In this document: positions 52,743 to 64,000 of the stretch, in pieces | How the letters are laid out: each line of letters opens with the position of its first letter | Position numbering within the stretch: the stretch's first letter is position 1 | Origin: Octopus sinensis | Lineage: Eukaryota | Reading direction: 5' to 3' | Assembly (NCBI RefSeq): GCF_006345805.1 | Contig: NC_043003.1 | Coordinates: forward strand, 78,988,001 to 79,052,000 | DNA: 64,000 nucleotides | Notes under the pieces: generated by a model | Told to the model about the DNA's origin: nothing | The model's input: only the letters and a program-made list of their open reading frames with translations | Databases searched by the model: none | Made by a program: the position numbers and the translations under genes

Positions 52743-52992
52743 TAAAGGAATTTTGTTAAAATCTTCGTTCGACTCCATTCTTTCATTTATTCATATAAAA
52801 AACACACAAATTTCCACACGAGAACCCGGAGTATCTACCCTTAACAGATCGCTTCAACCGTGTTTTCTGACGTAAATTTGCTACCCAGGTATCGTTAACC
52901 GAATTTTCCATGCTAGGATAATTCATTCACCTACTTAAATATAATATATATATATATATATTATATATTATATATATATATATATATTAGGT

Positions 52993-53059
<67 letters not shown>

Positions 53060-53070
53060 GGTTATATATA

Positions 53071-53751
53071 TGTAAAAAATATAAACTGGGACAAGAGCAC
53101 AAAACATTTAGAAGACGATACAAAAAACACGGATCATCCTCGCAATTTCGGCTGATTAATCTTGAGATCGCTCCGATCCGGTCAGCTCCAAAGGAAAATC
53201 TAAGCCAAGCGCATTAGATTCCTTGGAAGAAAGCCTCGGTTGTATACAAAACAAGGACGGAAAAACGGACAATGTTACACGAATAAGAATACAAAAATAT
53301 GTAAAAACAATAATGATAACACGAATAAGAATACAAAAATACATAAAAACAATAATGATAATAATAATAACAAAAACAGGACGTCACAGACAGGCGTCTT
53401 TTCGACAGGACGAGTAAACTTTGAGCTGGCGTGTTAGAAAAATGCCTTAGGGCAAAGAGAGAAAAAAATGTGTCTTGCCGCGACGACTGCTAACCACGAA
53501 AAGGCCGGCAATCGGTCAGTTAGTCACGCGTGAGGAGAAGAGAGAGGAAAAGAGGGACAGATAAAGAGAGAGAAAAAAGGGGAACAAGGAACAAAGGAGA
53601 AGAGAGAGAGAGAGAGAGAGTGAAAGAGATAGATCAAAGTGTGAAAGGCAGAGAAATGTAGGAGAGGGTGGAAAGAGACAGTGTTAAAAAGTCGTACCAA
53701 GTTTAAAGAAATATGTACTTACATATAAGACCAAAAGGGTACGGGCGCCAC
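53071..53751 (-). mobile_element. Non-autonomous Penelope-like unit (family P4), antisense copy
   Basis: Inverted homology to 53770-54043; direct homology to 55745-56420; flanked by (TA)n. Confidence 0.7.
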
Positions 53752-53769
53752 TATATATATATATGTCAC

Positions 53770-54043
53770 TTCGTCCTTGTTTTGTATACATTCGAGGCTT
53801 TCTTCCAAGGAATCTAATGCGCTTGACTTAGATTTTCCTTTGGGGCTGGCCAGATCGGAGCAATCTCAAGATTAATCAGCCGAAATTGCGAGGATGATCC
53901 GGTTCTTGACTGAAGATTGAAGGCTTCGAATGTCCCGTCCGTGTTTTTTGTATTGTCTTCTAAATGTTTTGCGTTCTTGTCCCAGTTTGTATTTTTTTAC
54001 ATATACATATATATATAGCGGCGCCCTACCCTTTTGGTCTTAT
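53770..54043 (+). mobile_element. Family P4 sense copy: unit end followed by next unit start (partial tandem)
   Basis: 53770-54000 mirrors 53071-53260; 54018-54043 mirrors 53725-53751. Confidence 0.75.
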
Positions 54044-54141
54044 ATATATAGTAATATATATATATATATATATATAATATATATATATATATATTATATA
54101 GAGAGAGAGAGAGAGCGGAGAGAGAGAGAGATAGAGAGAGA

Positions 54142-54197
<56 letters not shown>

Positions 54198-54198
<1 letters not shown>

Positions 54199-54610
54199 TA
54201 GTTTGCTTACCAACCTCATGGTTCCAGTTCAGTCCCATTGCGTGCTACCTTGGGCAAGTGTCTTCTACTATAGCCTCTGGCCGACCAAAGCTTTGTGAGT
54301 GGATTTGGTAGATGGAAACTGAAAGAATCCCGTCTTATATATATATGTGTGTATGTGTGTGTGTGTGTGTGTTGTGTGTGTGTGTGTGTGTGTGTTGTGC
54401 GTACGCGTGCGTGTGAGTGTGTGTTTGTCCCCCAACATCACCTGACAACCGATGTTGGTGTATTTAAGTCCCTGTATCTTAGAGGTTCGGCAAAAGAGAC
54501 CGATAGGATAAGTACTAGGCTTACAAAGAATAACTCCTTGGGTCTATTTGTTCGACTAAAGGCAGGTGCTACCGCATAGCCGAAGTCAAATGGCTGCAGC
54601 AAATAAAAGA
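54198..54610 (+). mobile_element. SINE family B (head clipped)
   Basis: ACCTTGGGCAAGTG core, (TG)n, tail. Confidence 0.88.
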
Positions 54611-55657
54611 ATATATCTGTGTGTGTGTGTGTGTGTGTGTCATTATGATCAAGGATAAAATCTATATAGGACCTTCTCAAGTAGCTAGCATGTAAAAAAA
54701 AAAACATTTAGGTGAAAATAAATAGGAAGTATTTAATTTTATCAATAATATTAATATCTCAATTTGTTTTTTGTACGTACCTGTCATTTGTGTCACACTT
54801 ACTTCAAAGAAAAAGTGAGTGGCAAAGCGAGAGGAGGACAGAGAGAAAGTAAGATAGAGAATGAGAGAGGAAGAGGAAGATTGAGAGAGAGAGAAAGAGA
54901 GAGAGAGAGTGAGAGAGAATAATAGAGAGAATGAGAGAGAGTGAAAGAGACAGTAATTTTCCCTAATTCTGTTATTAATGCTTCTAAGTATATATTTTTT
55001 TAGCTACTAGCCCAATTTCAAATAACGCTGGATTTAACAATCTGCAAGTAGTATTATCATGAAAATTGGGCTTATGGTCTTTTAAAGTAATAAACGCCTC
55101 TCTTAGCTAAAGAATATGTTTGAGTATTTCTAAACACATGAAACTATTAGTAGCCCTTAGATTCATGCATTGTACTCTTTAAATCTAGCCGTTATCAGAG
55201 GGGAATATCAAAGAGAAGTAACTTTGAGCAGATTTAAAGTCGTAGCTTTAACTAAAACATAGTCAACAACATTGACTGAGTCGTGCTATTAGACCGCCAA
55301 GTCGGGAGAAGTTCAGGAGTATCAGCGCCAAGCAGTGTTTAGGCATAAGCGAACTTTAGGCTTGTTAAAATATGTTTGTGACATATTTCAATTTCTAAGG
55401 GCAAATTTACCGCAGATAGCGTAAAGAAGAAATTCTCCTGACTCTGCCTTTTTCATATTTTCATGTTATTTTGGCATTTTTATTCACTTCATCATCTAAT
55501 TATTAATCTTCATTTAGTAAGTTTTTGAACAATAACTCTGTCATTATTGATGGCTCGAGAAGTGCATTGCATTGATGCACCTATGATTAATAGAAGTGTC
55601 GGCATTTTTGACGACATGGGTATTTTAGTAAATATATATATATATATATATATATAG

Positions 55658-55696
<39 letters not shown>

Positions 55697-55744
55697 ATAT
55701 TATATATATAAGAACAAGGTGTACGTTACGCCGCAGTAATTTAT

Positions 55745-56420
55745 GTATAGAAATATATATAAAAATACAAAATGGGACAAAAACGCAAAACATTCAAATA
55801 GACGACACAAAAAACGGACGGGTCATTTGAAGCCTCTAATCTTCAGTCAAGAACCGGATTATCCTCGCAATTTCGGCTGATTAATCTTGAGATCGCCCCA
55901 AGGAAAAACTAAGCTACGAGCATTAAATTTCTTGGAAAAAGGATCGAATGTATACGAAACAAGGACAGAAAGACGGACGATGCCACACGAATATAAATAC
56001 AAAAAACAAAAAGTAATACGAATATAAATACAAAAAACAATAATAATAATAATAACAGGACAAAAACAACAGGCGTCTTTCGACTTTAGACAGTTCAACT
56101 TAGCTGGCGTATTTGAAGATAATGCCTTACGGCAGATGAAAACGTCGATGTTGTCGTGGCGATGCTCAGAAGCCGAAAGGCTATAGTTGACCGGCAGTCA
56201 CGTGAGAAGAGAGAGAAAAAAAGGCGGAAAAGGAATCAAAGAGAGGGAGAAGAGAGAGAAAAAGAGGGACAAAGGCACCAAGGAGGGGGAGAAGAGAGAG
56301 AAAGAAGGAATTAAGGAGGGGAGAAGAAAGAGAGCGTGCCAAGGATTGACGGGACAAAAGAAAGACAGGGTCAGTGAGGTGCAAAGTGAGAAAAGTAGAG
56401 AAATGTGAGGGAGTGGGGAA
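55745..56420 (-). mobile_element. Family P4 Penelope-like unit, antisense copy
   Basis: Homologous to 53071-53700; begins at (TA)n. Confidence 0.7.
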
Positions 56421-56437
56421 AGAGGAGACCAAAGAAT

Positions 56438-56483
<46 letters not shown>

Positions 56484-57902
56484 ACATATGCATATATATA
56501 AACATATATGTACGTACCTACCTCTACATGTACATATACACGCATATATGAGTACAGGACACCAAAAGGACGTCGAACACAATGAGAAACGAAAACATAG
56601 ACACAAACCCAAGGAACTGGACATTTTTTTAAACAACAAAAAATATAGAGTACAGGACAATTAACACAAAGAAAAAACCACTTCTTCAGTCGCTATGGTT
56701 TCATCTACTCTACGTTTCGAAGGTGAAAGCGAGACGTATTTTCGACAAGAAACTTTCCTTCCTGCGAAAAGCAAATCAATTAAAATTTTAAGATCTTTTC
56801 GCAGAGGGGTAAAAAATGGTAACAAAAACAGGACAGTAACGACAGTAAAAATTATAAACAGTAAAAGACAGGACACATATACATATACATGCACACACAC
56901 AGATATGTATGTATATGTAGTGAGAATTTCGAAACTTTTAACTGAGATATTTTTAACTGTGGAACTCGAAGAAGATAAAGCTATAAATGTTAGCAGGTAA
57001 AATATTGAGTTAAAAAAGCATAGATGGAAGATAGTCTTAGGCTGCATGAAGGTTCAAGTCCCAAGCCAGAATTTCGACTTTTTTTCCATTAAAGAGGGTG
57101 TTAACTCTCTAGGCGTTATCATTTATGGCTTTATCTACTTCGAGTTCCAATGTTAAAAATGATCTATTTCATATTTGAGTACGCGTGTGTCTATCTGTAT
57201 GTATGTGTGTACAGCTATCTATGTATCATGCATAACGTATAATATATGATGTTGTGATTTTCGTCCGTGAGAAAATCTCTTCATGAACAAAGGCATGCTG
57301 TGTTTAGAACACAATACATACCAGCGTGAGACGAAATAGATTCGTCCCGACAATGCTTTACGAGAACGACAAATGCATTCCAGCGTTCTTGGGCCATGTC
57401 AACGCAGCGTATTCACTGCTCAGATTCCTAGACAAAAATGCATCTCGTCCGATATCGTCATTTCCTTCTATGTTCGCCTGAGGCAAAATCTGCACCAACA
57501 TGAAATATTTAGCTTCACAGTATTTGATTTTTCAATAACACTTCCTCGCGGTGGAGTGAGAGTAATAATAGGCATAAAGACGGTGGGGGAGGTGGCGAAG
57601 ACAGAGAGAGAGAGTGAGAGAGGAAGAGAGACAAAGAAAGAAAGAAAGAAAAAAAGGTAGAGAAAGAGAGACAAAGAAATTTAGGAAGAGTTGATGATGT
57701 TTTATTAAAAGTTGTCGTATTGATGATGGTGGCAGTGGGAGTAATAATAAGAGAGAAAGAAAGAGGGAGATGACGTACGATTTTGTTTAACCATGTCTCT
57801 TTGACAGAAATTCCTGTGGCCAACATATTGAACCAACGACTGAACACTATCATTTTTGTTTTAATTTTTGCTTTATTTACTACACACACACACACACATA
57901 AA

Positions 57903-57946
<44 letters not shown>

Positions 57947-58004
57947 ACACACACACACACACCACACAGACACAAAATACACTTTAATTGAAATAAAGTT
58001 TCCC

Positions 58005-58175
58005 CGTGGCTGTGTGGTAAGTAGCTTGCTTACCAACCATATGGTTCCAGGTTCAGTCCCACTGCGTGGCACTTTGGGCAAATGTCTTCTACTATAGCCT
58101 CGGGTCGACCAAAGCCTTGCGAGTGGGTTTGGTAGACGGAAACTGAAAGAAGCCCGTCGTATATATGTATATGTA

Positions 58176-58240
<65 letters not shown>

Positions 58241-58458
58241 TTGTGTGTCTGTGTTTGTCCCCCCAACATTGCTTGACAACCGATGCTGGTGTGTTCTTGT
58301 CCCTCTAACTTAACGGTTCGGGAAAAGAGACCGATAGAATAAGTACTAGGCTAACAAAGAATAAGTCCTGGGGTCGATTTGCTCGACTAAAGGCGGTGCT
58401 CCAGCATGGCCGCAGTCAAATGACTGAAACAAGTAAAAGGGTAAAGAGTAAAGAGAGT
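58005..58458 (+). mobile_element. SINE family B, full length
   Basis: GTGGCTGTGTGG head to GTAAAGAGTAAAGAGAG tail. Confidence 0.92.
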
Positions 58459-58461
58459 ATA

Positions 58462-58903
58462 TCTAATATAATAAATGTGTGTCAGTGTGTCACACTTTTT
58501 CAACTTTGGAATCAACCATTTTGGAATCGGGCTGACTCCATCAGTAAATTAAAAACCCTCCGGGCCAAATTTCGACCCACGGTTGACCATATTTTTATGT
58601 GACTTTTTGCGACAAATTATTTGGTACGATAACAATTTTTATAATCTAAGGGCCAGCTCTGAGAGTAAATTAAAAACATTCCGATCCGAATCCGGACCTG
58701 CAATCGTGAAATTTTGGATTCCTATGTGTTCATTACTGCGATTGTTTTAGGCGACTTTATTTTTTTTTTACATGATTTTTTTTGCGATGAATATGATCAT
58801 CATTGGGATATGACTCTGGAGGAAGCAACTGCAACAAACTCTCCAACAAATCGAGATCTGTTTGCAAATGTTCCCATTCCCGATAGGGGCCCTTTTAGGC
58901 TAG
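58462..58903 (+). mobile_element. Non-autonomous Helitron
   Basis: 5' TCTAATATAATAAA, 3' CTAG, inserted between A and T; internal DHHWDMTLEEATATNSP..RDLFA resembles the RepHel 'HWD.TL.EA...LFA' block. Confidence 0.75.
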
Positions 58904-58904
58904 T

Positions 58905-58935
<31 letters not shown>

Positions 58936-59051
58936 ATTATATATATATATTATATATAATATATATATATATATACAGGTGATATGGTCCTTTAAGTTGA
59001 GGCACCAGAATTTAGTACGGTATTATCCATACAATTTCAAGTAAGGTGATT

Positions 59052-59126
59052 AAAATCAAATAAGCTACTCGGATATCCAGAGGTACTGCATTACCTCTGG
59101 ATATCCTGTTTGCTTATTTTGATTTT
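59052..59126. other. 75-nt imperfect hairpin
   Basis: GGATATCCAGAGGTA/TACCTCTGGATATCC perfect 15-bp stem, 6-nt loop, lower stem AAAATCAAATAAGC/GCTTATTTTGATTTT. Confidence 0.85.
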
Positions 59127-59239
59127 ATGTTGTATGTATGTATGTATGTATGTACAGACACACATACATATGTATATATATATATTACATGCACAAACAT
59201 ATATATATATATATAATATATTATATATATAATATATAT

Positions 59240-59450
59240 ACCTAAAAGCTCCACGAGTCCGGCAGGGGGGGGTGGGGGTGGATCCCTGCTGTACTCTTTC
59301 GCCACAACTTTCTTTCACTCTTTCTTCTGTTGGCCTACTCTCGCTTAGCCAGCGGGTGGCGTCATTTGAAGGCTAAAACAATGCGAAGCGCATTGTGACC
59401 AGCGATGTGTAACAACATCTGATAGCCTGGTCGGTCACGTGATCACGTGA
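59240..59450 (+). mobile_element. SINE family C body with tail type 2 (headless)
   Basis: CCTAAAAGCTCCACGAG...CCCTGCTGTACTCTTTC.CCACAACTTTCT shared with 9003-9385, then a different tail. Confidence 0.8.
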
Positions 59451-59534
59451 TATATATATATATATCACGTGATCACGTGACCGACCGGCTATCAGATGTT
59501 GTTACACATCGCTGGTCACAATGCGCTTCGCATT
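59380..59534. repeat. 155-bp palindrome centred on (TA)n
   Basis: Arms are reverse complements except a 1-nt indel. Confidence 0.97.
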
Positions 59535-59552
59535 ATATATATTTATATATAT

Positions 59553-60107
59553 ATAGAATGGTTGTATACTGTCAATCTAACAAGAACGTGACAGTAGGGG
59601 GTACACCACCGTTGTATAGCCCTAGGAGGCATCGAACGCCTCCTGATAGCTTCGACACATTTTTTCCCTGTGTCCTTATATACATATACGAAGGGGAGAC
59701 AAACACCCCCGGCCGCCGGAACTGCATCTAGGGACACCGTCTTTCAGGATCATTGTCCTTCATCGGCCTAGAGTAGCAGACACCAGTCGGCTGGTGATAT
59801 TTACCTCGACTTCATAATTGTATATATGTTTATTCACTGATTATCAAAATAAGAAATATTGAATTTCTAAATCTCTCGTAGAGACATGTACGGTGGTGGG
59901 GCGATAGAATGGTTGTATACTGTCAATCTAACAAGAACGTGACAGTAGGCGGTACACCACCGTTGTATAGCCCTAGGAGGCATCGAACGCCTCTGATAGC
60001 TGGTGTACCCCTACTGTCACGTTCTTGTTAGATTGACAGTAAAGAACCATTCTATCGCCCCACCACCGTACATGTCTCTACGAGAGATTTAGAAATTCAA
60101 TATTTCT

Positions 60108-60111
<4 letters not shown>
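59553..60111 (-). mobile_element. Penelope/retrozyme-like insertion: 351-bp unit with ~98-bp direct repeat plus inverted 111-bp arm
   Basis: 59553-59651 repeats at 59904-60001; 59848-59959 is inverted at 60001-60111; HHR inside; (TA)n flanks. Confidence 0.8.
59727..59772 (-). ncRNA. Minimal hammerhead motif with CCGAUGA core
   Basis: UCUAGG-CCGAUGA-AGGA(CAAUGA)UCCU-GAAA-GACGGUG-UC-CCUAGA: 6-bp helix I, 4-bp helix II, GUC triplet; position 15.2 is G (helix III mismatch). Confidence 0.75.
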
Positions 60112-60153
<42 letters not shown>

Positions 60154-60154
60154 G

Positions 60155-60188
<34 letters not shown>

Positions 60189-61039
60189 TATATATATACA
60201 TGCATATATACATACATACACTCACACACATCGGAGGAGACATATATATGTGTATGTACAATGTTTATGTATTTGTATGTATCTTTCGTTTATGTGAAGT
60301 AGCGAGGGATGTTAACATCAGTAAGGAAAAAAACATTTTTACGGTACTCTTCGGACAAGGTTCCTGACACCATTTCTCTTCACTGAGTTGCAAATACAAT
60401 CTTGTTGTTACCGTCAGAATTAGTCCATAGGAAACGATGACGATGTCATTTTCATTTATAGACATATATAAAATACGCAATACTAACGCTAAGTACTTAT
60501 AGTAAACAATGAACATTTCATTCTTTTATACTTTAACTTAAGTCATTAGATTTCAGCTATACCGAGGCACCATCTTGACGGGTTTTAAATCTATTACGAC
60601 GATTCCAGAACTTATTTTAGAATATGGTGCTTATTCTACTAAAATCCTATTACAAAACTACTAAATCACGAGGGCATAAAGAAGTCCATACCGGATGTCA
60701 AATGGCGAAAAATGTGAGCACAATGACGCCTCCATACTCGTATAATAAACACGCGCGCGGTGTGCATGTGTGTGTGTGTGTGTGTGTATGTCACAATAAT
60801 GTTACTATATTTAAAGTAGTTTTAAGTATAGCAACTTATGATGAGGATGTGATCTCTCTGTACTGTGAGAAGAATGCAATTCATTGTGAAGATCAAATTT
60901 AACAAGCCAAGAGGCGATTCTCAAAGTCCTAACCAACTTGAGCTTTTGTAACTTACTCAGCACTAATTCTCTACAGCGCTCTTTTTTATATCTTTTAGAG
61001 AGACTTAGTTATTTTAATATTTCTATTATATATATATAT

Positions 61040-61225
61040 ATATTATATATATACACGCACACAGGTAAAAGAAAATGCAGGTGGATCGGTTTATTATGAT
61101 TTTATTCAACATATTCCCCTCTCAGATTCACACACTTATTGCAACGGTCTTTCAGTTTTTCTAAGTTCTGTAAAAGAACTGTTGGGCCTCCAAAAAGGCT
61201 TTTCGCAACACCCTTAAAGCCAAGA
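61040..61225 (-). mobile_element. Mariner-derived short element / end fragment
   Basis: Terminal AGGGTGCTAAAAAGCTCTTGGCTTTAAGGG (minus) resembles the terminus at 63961-64000; internal mariner-like 3' sequence. Confidence 0.55.
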
Positions 61226-61283
61226 GCTTTTTAGCACCCTTTCGTGTGTGTGTGTGTCTATATATTATATATATATTATATAT

Positions 61284-61329
<46 letters not shown>

Positions 61330-61331
<2 letters not shown>

Positions 61332-61580
61332 AGTTAATCCAAACAAGAAAACACAAAAAAACACAACAACGTGAGGACGTGGAACAAATAAAGTATTATT
61401 GGACGCTAAAGAAAGAAGGGAAGAAGGAGGGTTTAACGTTTCGAGCGGAGCTCTTCGTCGAAAACATAGGAGAAGGAAAGATCCCGAGAAGGGAAGACAG
61501 AGGAAAAAAAATCGCCAGCGGTACTCACGAGGTCACAAAGAGAGAGAGAAGAGAGAGCATGTCGGTCGTCCGCATATTTT
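61330..61580 (-). mobile_element. Penelope pseudo-LTR-like repeat
   Basis: Homologous to 49110-49300; abuts (GATA)n. Confidence 0.65.
61431..61465 (-). ncRNA. Minimal hammerhead motif, UCGACGA core
   Basis: GUUU-UCGACGA-A-GAGC(UCC)GCUC-GAAA-CG-UU-AAAC; helices I and II perfect. Confidence 0.65.
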
Positions 61581-61744
61581 CTCATCTACCAAATTTTCAT
61601 TAACATGGCATCGATTATCCTGACGCTTAAGTTGAAAGCATTTGCACAGAAAGCCGCATAAAGGGTCAAACCGGAAAATACGTGATTGCTAAGCAAGCTT
61701 ATTAAGAAAACAGTTTTGCTCATAGTGCTATCGGTACTATTCTT

Positions 61745-62010
61745 GTCGCCCTTTTCAAGCCTAGCCAGGCTCATGGGCCCGGTTTCCCGGTTTCTGTGGC
61801 GTATGTGTTCCCCCCAGCTGGACGGGACGCCAGTCCATCGCAGCGTTACTCGAGAAACAGGAAAAGAGAGTGAGAGAAAGTTGTGGTGAAAGAGTACAAC
61901 AGGGGTCGCCAGTTGTTTTCGCTCAATAAACACACAACACCCGGTCTGGGAATCGAAACCGCGATCCTCCGACCGCGAGTCTGCTGCCCTAACCACTGGG
62001 CCATTGCACC
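61745..62010 (-). mobile_element. SINE family C head with tail type 3 (V-domain-like)
   Basis: Same tRNA head as 9003; continues into GCGATGGACTGGCGTCCCGTCCAG...CAGAAACCGGG. Confidence 0.8.
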
Positions 62011-62229
62011 AAATATTTGTGTTTGTGTTAGCTTCTCTTATGCAAATAATCCAGTCCATATTCTACAGAATGGATGAGAAATTAATGATTTCAGTTTACG
62101 TTTTATTTGGGAAAAAGCCAACTTTAGAGAAGAAACTAAATAAAAGGTGTGTAGTCAATGTTGATTAAGTTTTTTCCCGGGGGTATTACTGTTATTTATT
62201 TTATTGGATCTGAAGATGAGGCAAAGAAA

Positions 62230-62295
62230 ACATAAATACTAGCGATACATACATATAAGTATGTATATATGTATATATGTATGTATGCATGCATG

Positions 62296-62327
<32 letters not shown>

Positions 62328-62350
62328 TCTCAGACACACACACACACACT

Positions 62351-62382
<32 letters not shown>

Positions 62383-62470
62383 CACACACAGATATACATA
62401 CATGAATATATATATATATATATATATACTACATAAATACATACATATATGCACACACACACATACACAC

Positions 62471-62514
<44 letters not shown>

Positions 62515-62550
62515 TCCAGACACACGTACACACATAATATATACATGTAT
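62230..62550. repeat. (TA)n/(CA)n microsatellite
   Basis: Directly visible. Confidence 0.95.
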
Positions 62551-63204
62551 ACATAAGAGACTCAAGAGTTGAGAATTTCGTGCATTCCATTTCTCAAATC
62601 CATATGTGGAGAAAAAGTTGCAGAACTTTGGTCTTGCTCTTCTACTGCAGCACATTCGATGGAATTTCTAAACTAAGAGCCAAATGCCATTCAGATCACA
62701 ATTTACCCGTCCTTTATCGAGTACCGCGTATCAAGAACTTGCACTATCTAATGTGTTTGATACTAAAAAAATAGATAAATGTATGAGATCAGCTGCGCCG
62801 ACAACAGATGGAATGGTCAGAACTCGAGCGCCAATGATTATAGTTTTACTCAATCAGGACAAAACAACAACTACAACATACAGGTTCAGCTTGGTCATTT
62901 AGGTTTCACAAGAGGTAAACCACAGTAACAACTACAACAGCATACAACTCCGACCTGCTGAGTCAAAGTTAAAAAGGAATTAAGCAGCAACAACGAACAA
63001 CATATTTCACTTACGTTTCTTAGTTAGAGACGCTTTTCACTAAGGAGGTCGAATAAGACCGAAGCATACATAATTAGTAATTGAATTAACGTTATCTTTT
63101 TCTTCACCAGATAATTATTTAGAATTCGATTTTTGATACACACTACATCATGTATACTAACCTGAATTTAGCTATTGCTTCATATGCAGAGTAATTAACC
63201 TCAA

Positions 63205-63209
63205 TGATA

Positions 63210-63267
<58 letters not shown>

Positions 63268-63334
63268 GTTGTTGCTGTTGTTGTTGTTATTGTTATTGTT
63301 ATTGTTGTTATTGTTGTTGTTGTTGTTGTTGTTG

Positions 63335-63367
<33 letters not shown>

Positions 63368-63378
63368 GATCATCATCA

Positions 63379-63426
<48 letters not shown>

Positions 63427-63656
63427 CATCATCATTATTATTATTATTATTATTATTATTGTTGTTATTGTTGTTGTTATTATTATTATTATTATTATTG
63501 TTATTGTTATTGTTGTTGTTGTTGTTATTATTATTATTATTGTTATTATTGTTATTGTGTTGTTGTTGTTGTTAGTATTATTATTATTATTCATCATCAT
63601 TATTATCATTATTATTATTATTATTATTATTACTATTATTATTATTATCATCATCA

Positions 63657-63701
<45 letters not shown>

Positions 63702-63942
63702 TATTATATTGTTGTTATTGTTGTTGTTGTTATTATTATTATTATTATTGTTATTATTGTTAATGTTGTTGTTGTTGTTATTATTATTATTATTATTATT
63801 ATTGTTGTTGTTATTGTTGTTATTATTATTATTATTAATATTATTATTATTATTATTATTATTGTTCTTGTTATTGTTATTATTATTGTTATTGTTGTTG
63901 TTGTTGTTGTTGCTGTTGTTGTTATTGTTATTGTTATTGTTG
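63205..63942. repeat. (TTA)n/(TTG)n/(TCA)n microsatellite array
   Basis: Directly visible. Confidence 0.97.
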
Positions 63943-63960
63943 AGCAGAAATGTGAAAATA

Positions 63961-64000
63961 TACGACGGGATGATGAAAAAGTTCCTGGCTTTAGGGCTAT
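63961..64000 (+). mobile_element. Start of a mariner-type terminal inverted repeat (runs off window)
   Basis: TACGACGGGATGATGAAAAAGTTCCTGGCTTTAGGG. Confidence 0.5.

Larger units (their letters stand above)
52323..52797. repeat. ~173-bp inverted repeat with ~129-bp spacer
   Basis: 52323-52495 is the reverse complement of 52625-52797 (few mismatches); mirrored ORFs in the track. Confidence 0.97.

Noticed and set aside
52980-53070. TTAGG(G) hexamers within (TA)n
   Set aside because: Isolated units, not a telomeric array.
56680-56805. Minus-strand GAAACGTA and CTGAAGA plus a small CTGCGAAAAG/CTTTTCGCAG inverted repeat
   Set aside because: Motifs are in the wrong order and helices do not close; at best a heavily decayed element.
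57322-57397. Possible first coding exon on the minus strand (MAQERWNAFVVLVKHCRDESISSHA, donor GTATGT)
   Set aside because: Short, unrecognised peptide; compatible with chance.

Overview
AT-rich (TA/CA/GATA/trinucleotide microsatellite-saturated) animal genomic DNA; the tRNA-derived SINE families present point to an octopus/cephalopod genome (inference from recalled repeat sequences, not a database search). I recognise no host protein-coding gene: almost all ORFs in the track are microsatellite translations or SINE read-through. The window is a transposon graveyard: >35 SINE copies or fragments from at least 4 families, a decayed Penelope-like retroelement (RT + GIY-YIG), RTE and R4/Dong LINE fragments, Tc1/mariner remnants, a hAT-like element with long TIRs, a non-autonomous Helitron and two HINE-like elements. 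The most striking unexplained signal is about 13 minimal type-I hammerhead-ribozyme (HHR) motifs from roughly 8 sequence-unrelated families, all with palindromic helix III. Several sit in divergent inverted duplications or a retrozyme-like 351-bp partial tandem. Several families share non-canonical catalytic cores (CCGAYGA instead of CUGANGA in three families; CUGUNGA in another) while keeping their helices intact.
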